In this document: positions 52,716 to 57,856 of the stretch, piece after piece | Layout of the letters: every line of letters begins with the position of its first letter | How positions within the stretch are numbered: position 1 is the first letter of the stretch | Assembly: GCA_001275005.1 (NCBI GenBank) | Contig: JWZX01003305.1 | Coordinates: 1 to 57,856 of the forward strand | Source: Chrysochromulina tobinii | Taxonomy: Eukaryota | Length of the DNA: 57,856 nucleotides | Direction of reading: 5' to 3' | Made by a program: the position numbers and the translations under genes | The notes under the pieces: model-generated | What the model was told of the DNA's origin: nothing | The model's input: only the letters and a program-made list of their open reading frames with translations | The model's database searches: none

Positions 52716-55700
52716 TCAATCCTCGTCGGTCGCCCCGTCGTCCTGAGCGTGCGGCTGAGCGGCCGCGGCGTCGGTCGCGCTTGTAACGGCGCTCTTGGCG
52801 CTCCTGGCTCGCGCGTACGTCGCCTCAGCGGCCTGGCAGATGGCCTCGAGCTCGGCGGCCGCGGCCGCGTCGTTCTCCAGCTCGTACGCATGCATGGCCG
52901 CAGCCTCCCTCGCCTCGGCCTCGGCTTCAAACGCCTTCTGGACCTCGGCCGCGGCGGCAGCCTCGGCCGCCTTCGCCGCCTCCACTGCTGCCGCCTCCGC
53001 CTCCGCCCCCGCCTCCGCCTCCGCCTCGGCCGCATCCTCAAGGGCTATACGAGGCCAGGTGGGGGGCGTCACGGCTGCGTCGCCGCCTGTGGAGTTCACA
53101 TGCATCGTCGCCGCGCCGCCAGCAGAGTTCACAGCAGAGTTCACAGCAGAGCGGCTTTCCTCATCGTCCGGCGTGATGCTCAAGACGGCGCTCGGAGTGC
53201 CCGTGACGGTCGCGTGTGAATCCTCGACGCGACGGCAGCGCTTGTGCAAGTAGCCGAAGACGTCGGCATAGTGGCCGGCCTGCCCGGGGTGCGGCGACGG
53301 GTAGTCGCGCGGCTTGAACTTGCACAGCATGCTGGCGAGCGTGCCCACAGAGCAGTCGAGCGCACGCAGCCGCCTTGTAACCACCTCCAAGCCAGCCGCG
53401 AGCCGCTCATCGCCAAAGGTGAGGTAGTGGACGCACACGCGCCCGGCGAGCGATGCCGCCATCCACTGGATCATCGCTTTGAGTTGCAGGTCGCCGCCGA
53501 AGGCGCCGCAGCCCCAATTGCCCGTGACGATCGGGGGCAGTGGCGCCGCGGCGACGGCGCCAATGGGTTCCCCGTCGAGAGCGCCGTCACGAGCGCCGAG
53601 GAAGCCGACGTACGCCTTGTTGAGCTCCCGCTCGATGGCGCCGGATGAGAATTGCCGCATCACCTGGGAGCGCTCGTACTGCGTCGCGTCGATGGCCACC
53701 AGGTGGGGTCCCGGTGCGGCCGGATCGTCTTCATACGGTCCGGCGTACCTGTGGGGAGAGGGACGGGGCGCCGTGAGGAGCACTTGCATGCGGATGGATC
53801 GTCCCCGGACGGGTCGGCGTACTCAAAGGTGCGCGCGTAGCCGCGGTAGCTTGAGAACCGCTCGACGCCCTCGAGCAGGAGCGCCTCGTGGTCCTCGAGA
53901 CTCTCGGCGAACGCTCGCGACACGATGAGCTCGGGGCTCAGCAGGAATCGGATCTCCTCTTGCACGCACCTGAGTAGGGAGGCAACCATATGCACTCAGA
54001 GGCACACTCAGGGGCAATCATGGGCACTCATGGGCACTCAGGGGCACTCAGGGGCACTCAGGGGCACTCAGGGGCACACAGCGGTACTCAGGCTCCTCTG
54101 CTCACCCGTTGCGCAGCACGCCGCCGCCAATCGAGCGGTTGGCAAAGTCGAGTTGCAGATGCGACCGGTCGGCATCCTCGATCGTGCCGTCGGCGCGCGC
54201 GTGCACGGGGCAGAGCGGCACGTGCACCGCGCCGCGCCAGAAGCTCTCGAGCTGCGTCTCGGAAGTGTCGAGCACCAGCCGCTCGAAGCTGATCAACCGA
54301 GGTGAGGGCGCAGCGGAGGACGAGGCGGCAGCGGCAGCGGGAGCAGCCGGCGCGGCGACCGCCCTGATCCACTCCATCACCTCCGACCACGAGACGACCG
54401 ACACAGTGCCCCTCATGTAAGCGACTGCCGATTGAGCCTCGTGCCACTCGGCGGCACGCATTGGACCCTCGTCGTCGTCGTCGTCGGGCGGCTCGGGCTC
54501 ACACAGCAGGTGCGTGCAGCCGCTCATCTCGACGCGACCCACGGTGAGCGCGCCGTGCAGCCGCAGCTCGTTGGCCATGTCCTCGTGCTCCTCTGCGGAG
54601 AAGCCGGCCAGGGCGAACACACTCCCCGCCAGCGCATAGGCCGTCTCCACGGACGGCGGCGTCGTTGGCGGCGGTGGCGGAGGCGTCCACGGCCGCCCTG
54701 CGGCGGCGCTCGATTCGGCGCGCGCGGCCAGCCGCTCAAAGTAGCCGAGCAGGCAGCGCAGCTTCTGCGGCTGCGTGGCATTCATCTTCGAGTGCGGCGC
54801 ACGCGGTGGCTCGAGGGGACCGAAGAGGGGCCCGCAGTCAAAATAAGGCAAGTCGGGCCCCCGCCCACCGGCCCCGTGGGCGCGCCGCCCCCCCTGGTCG
54901 GCGCGGAAGGGCATCGAGGAGAAGAAGGCATGCGCGAGCAGCGCGGCGCATTGGTCGGGGTGCAGGCTCACTCGCTCGGCACGTCCTTTCAGAAGGAGTG
55001 GCAGCGGGCGCGGGCAGAGGCGCGGCAGTGCAAGGGCGAGGCGGCACATGTGCGGCAAAGTGGCGTCAAAGAAGCGGCGGCGCTCGTCCGCGCTACATTC
55101 ATGCTCGAGGAACTCATGCAGTGCCTCGAACGTCCAACGGCCACCGACGGCCTTTTGGATCGCACGCAGGGCTCCGAGCAGCTTGAGGGTGCTCGAGGGG
55201 GGTGGCGAGAGGCGTGCGCACAGGACGTGCCAGAGCGGCACGCCGGCGCCCTGCCTGCTCAGGCATCGCGGCGAGCACGGCAGGCGCACGTGCTCGCAAT
55301 CCCACGCGTCCACGTACCATGGCGGCAGCTCAGCCTCGGGCGGCAGCGGCGGCAGCAGGACCGACTGTGCTCCGCCCGCCGCCGCGCTCGCCGCCGTCGC
55401 GTCCGGCTCAGCCGTGGGGAAGTCGGGCGGCTCCGCAACCTCCACATCGGTATCTCCGTCTTCGACGACCAGCCGAGGCGCTGGCACCGGTAGCACAGGC
55501 GGCACCGGCAGCTCCGGCACCGGAATGGTTGCGGCCGCCACCACGGGCACTGCTGGAAGGTGCTCGACTCCAAGGACCGTCTGTAGCGCGGCGTACGTCA
55601 TGACCGTCAGCCCGCTCGCGCGTGCGATATCTTGCGCGGCAGACGCCGCCGCCAGAAGCTGTGCATCGTCGGGCGCCTCGTCGTCCACGAGTAGATGAGT

Positions 55701-56036
55701 GCAGCGAGAGACATCAAGAGATGGGAGCACGGTAGCACCGTGAGTCTTGAGCTCGTTGGTCAGATCTTTGAGCTCGGCGTCGTAAAAGCCGGCAAGCGCG
55801 TATACGGTGCCTGCGAGCTGCAGCTGCTCAGATGGCTCCGGAGAGTCGGCGGGTGAAGCGGCGGCGGCTGCACATTCATGGGCAGCTAGTGGCCGCGGGC
55901 CGGCGGCGATCACTAGGGGTGGCTCTGGCTCGTCCGCGGCAGCGGGTGGCGACGTCGGTGACGCTGAGGAACGCGGGCGCTTTGTGACCCATCCGTCCAG
56001 CGTGGCTGAAGATGGCCGCTTGCCGGCGGGCGGCAT
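52716..56036 (-). CDS. PARG: Poly(ADP-ribose) glycohydrolase with two BRCT-like domains; introns 53970-54105 and 53749-53822
   Basis: WDCEHVRLPCS; LQLDFANRSIGGGVLRNG|CVQEEIRFLLSPEL; ERFSSYRGYA; RELNKAYVGF; TGNWGCGAFGGD. Confidence 0.92.
53994..54078. repeat. Intronic (TGAGTGCCCC)n decamer array (read on the minus, sense strand)
   Basis: GGGGCACTCA units on the + strand inside PARG intron 53970-54105. Confidence 0.85.
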
Positions 56037-56322
56037 GAGGGCCAACCGTTTATGGGAGCGGTGGTGTGGGCCGAGGGCGTGTGCGAGGATCTGTGCGAGC
56101 GCTTTGGCGAAGTGGCGCGAAAACTGTTCGATCAAGTCGCGACGACTTCTAGAATATCACAGGGAACGCCCCTACTTGTTCTGCCTCGAACTCCAACACC
56201 AGCCGTCGATTTAGGTTTCTCCAAAGCGAGTACCGCCCCGATCTCCACGGCGAAACGTTCACGCGCTGCCTGCCGCCACCTTGTCCAGCAACGCGGTTGA
56301 GCTTTCTCCGCAATCGTGCTCC

Positions 56323-56888
56323 ATGTCCGCCGGCGCCACCTTGCAAAACTACAACAACGATCTGGTCGCCTGCATTGAGGAGGTACGCGCGCCGTCACAC
56401 CGCCCGCGCGCAACACGCGATCAAGGGCTGCGGCTCACGTGCAGAAACGCCCATGCTCCTGGCTCTGGCCTTGGACTGCTCTTCTCATCGTGCCCTCGCC
56501 TCGCTCGCCTCGTCGTCGCAGCTTCGGGAGAAGCGTGAGGAGCTCAACCGATCGATCGCAGCTGACGAGGAAGAGAAGGGTGCGTCATCGCCCTCGCCGC
56601 ACCGCAGATGCGCTCAGTTGCTCGCCTCTTTCGTCTCATTGCCCTGACTGGACTGCGATCTCCGCGTGCGCAGCCAAGATCCAGAATGACCTTCGCATTT
56701 TGACCGAACGGTTGGCGCGCATCAACGACAACCTCGCGCGCAAAGTCTCCTCGCGTAACGAGTACGACAAGACGATCACCGAGACCGAGGCGGCCTACTC
56801 CAAGATCATGGAGGCGTCGCAGACGTTGCTGCATGTGCTCAAGCGCGAGAGCGTCAATCTTACGAAGAAGAAGCAGGCCTCCGCGTGA
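56323..56888 (+). CDS. SSNA1: SSNA1/DIP13/NA14 microtubule-associated coiled-coil protein; exons 56323-56382, 56522-56579, 56674-56888
   Basis: [25 protein letters not shown]...EEEK|AKIQNDL...[25 protein letters not shown]. Confidence 0.92.
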
Positions 56889-57331
56889 GCTGCTCTGCAT
56901 ACGCCGAGTGCCGAAGGACTACCGCGCGCCGGCAACTGTGATCTCGGCCAGTGTTTGTGTGACACATGCAACTACTGGGGTTCGGGCCTGACTGGTTTGT
57001 GTGTCGAACATGTGCAATCGTGACTAGTGGGTGGCGTCGTAGGTAGATTGCGCGCGCGTCTGGCGCTTTTCTTCACAAGCATGCCCGCTCGGCATGCGCC
57101 GGGTACAATTGGCCGGGCATCGAATCAATTGCATCGAAATGTGCCCGGCGGTACCTATCCAATCTCCATCGCGTGCGCGCGCTCTCCGTTCCTGTGTACC
57201 TCACGTCTCTCCATTGTCCCATCCGTAGAACTCGTGAACTCCACCCCCGGACGCGATCCAAACGCGGCAAGTTTCGTGTGTTCCAGGGTCACGACCAGAC
57301 CAGGGGTTACAAGTTCATGTAACGCTGTGCG

Positions 57332-57856
57332 ATGGACGGGGAGCTGAGCGGAGCGGAGCTGGGAGGAGCTGAGCCGGCAACTCAGGAGCTCGCAGTTGAG
57401 GAGCCGGCGGTTTCGGAGCCAGCGGTGGCAGAGCCAGTTGTACCATCAGAGCCTATGGTATCCAAACCTTCCGCTATGCAGCCGGCGGCAGCGGAGCGGG
57501 ATGCAGAGGCGCTAGCAGATAAGGCTGCAGCGGTAGCGGAGCCAGCCATGTTGGATGCAACACCGGCAGCCACGGCTGAGGAAGCGGCGGCCGATGCGGA
57601 GGCGGCGGAGGCGGCCGTGGCTGAGTCGGTGGCTATGGAGGTGGCGGCTACGGAGGCAGCGGTGGCCGAAGAGGTTGCGGTTGAGGCAGCTGCAGCTGAG
57701 AAAGCGGCGGCCGAAGCGGCGGCGGCGGCGGCGGCCGCGGCTGAGGCGGCGGCAGCGGAGGCGGCGGCAGCGGAGGCGTCTGCGACGGAGGCTGACGCGG
57801 CGGAGGAGGCGGCGGCCGAGGCGGCGGCGGCGGCGGCAGAGGCGGCGGCGGCGGCC
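57332..57856 (+). CDS. 5' part of an Ala/Glu-rich low-complexity protein running off the window
   Basis: ATG at 57332 opens a frame (MDGELSGAELGGAEPATQELAVEEPAVSE...EAAAAE) with no stop before the window end. Confidence 0.55.
   Translation, partial: MDGELSGAELGGAEPATQELAVEEPAVSEPAVAEPVVPSEPMVSKPSAMQPAAAERDAEALADKAAAVAEPAMLDATPAATAEEAAADAEAAEAAVAESVAMEVAATEAAVAEEVAVEAAAAEKAAAEAAAAAAAAAEAAAAEAAAAEASATEADAAEEAAAEAAAAAAEAAAAA

Noticed and set aside
57382..57573. Minus-strand Ala/Ser-rich ORF at the window end
   Set aside because: More plausibly the antisense shadow of the + strand Ala/Glu-rich frame starting at 57332.

Overview
GC-rich, gene-dense eukaryotic nuclear DNA with short GT-AG introns. 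It is probably from a haptophyte or similar alga; this is inferred from the plastid-targeting leaders, zeaxanthin epoxidase, the selenoprotein GPx and SSNA1. About 28 genes or gene fragments can be supported, including a DHHC palmitoyltransferase, ZEP, HSP90, presenilin, two mitochondrial-carrier-family proteins, PARG, a Cys-less pentameric channel, a DUF6067-like protein, a GT47 and SSNA1. Three signals stand out. (1) A recurring intron architecture: about 12 introns have a duplicated copy of the adjacent exon sequence at a boundary and/or strand-polarised 10-11-nt TGA(T/G) repeats, and many end in one of two shared 3' cassettes (GCATGC...CCCCACAG or GATTGCCTCCCTCATCAG). This looks like an active intron-generating mechanism, and one intron is present as three head-to-tail copies. 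(2) A PH-domain/glutathione-peroxidase fusion with an in-frame UGA at the catalytic position and a type II SECIS-like hairpin in its 3' UTR. (3) Several unusual domain fusions: ankyrin + Nup98-like FG/GLEBS, double-BRCT PARG, SAM + pLGIC, membrane-anchored toxin-type HNH, and ankyrin + Tubby. Exon/intron models and family assignments were made by eye, without database searches.
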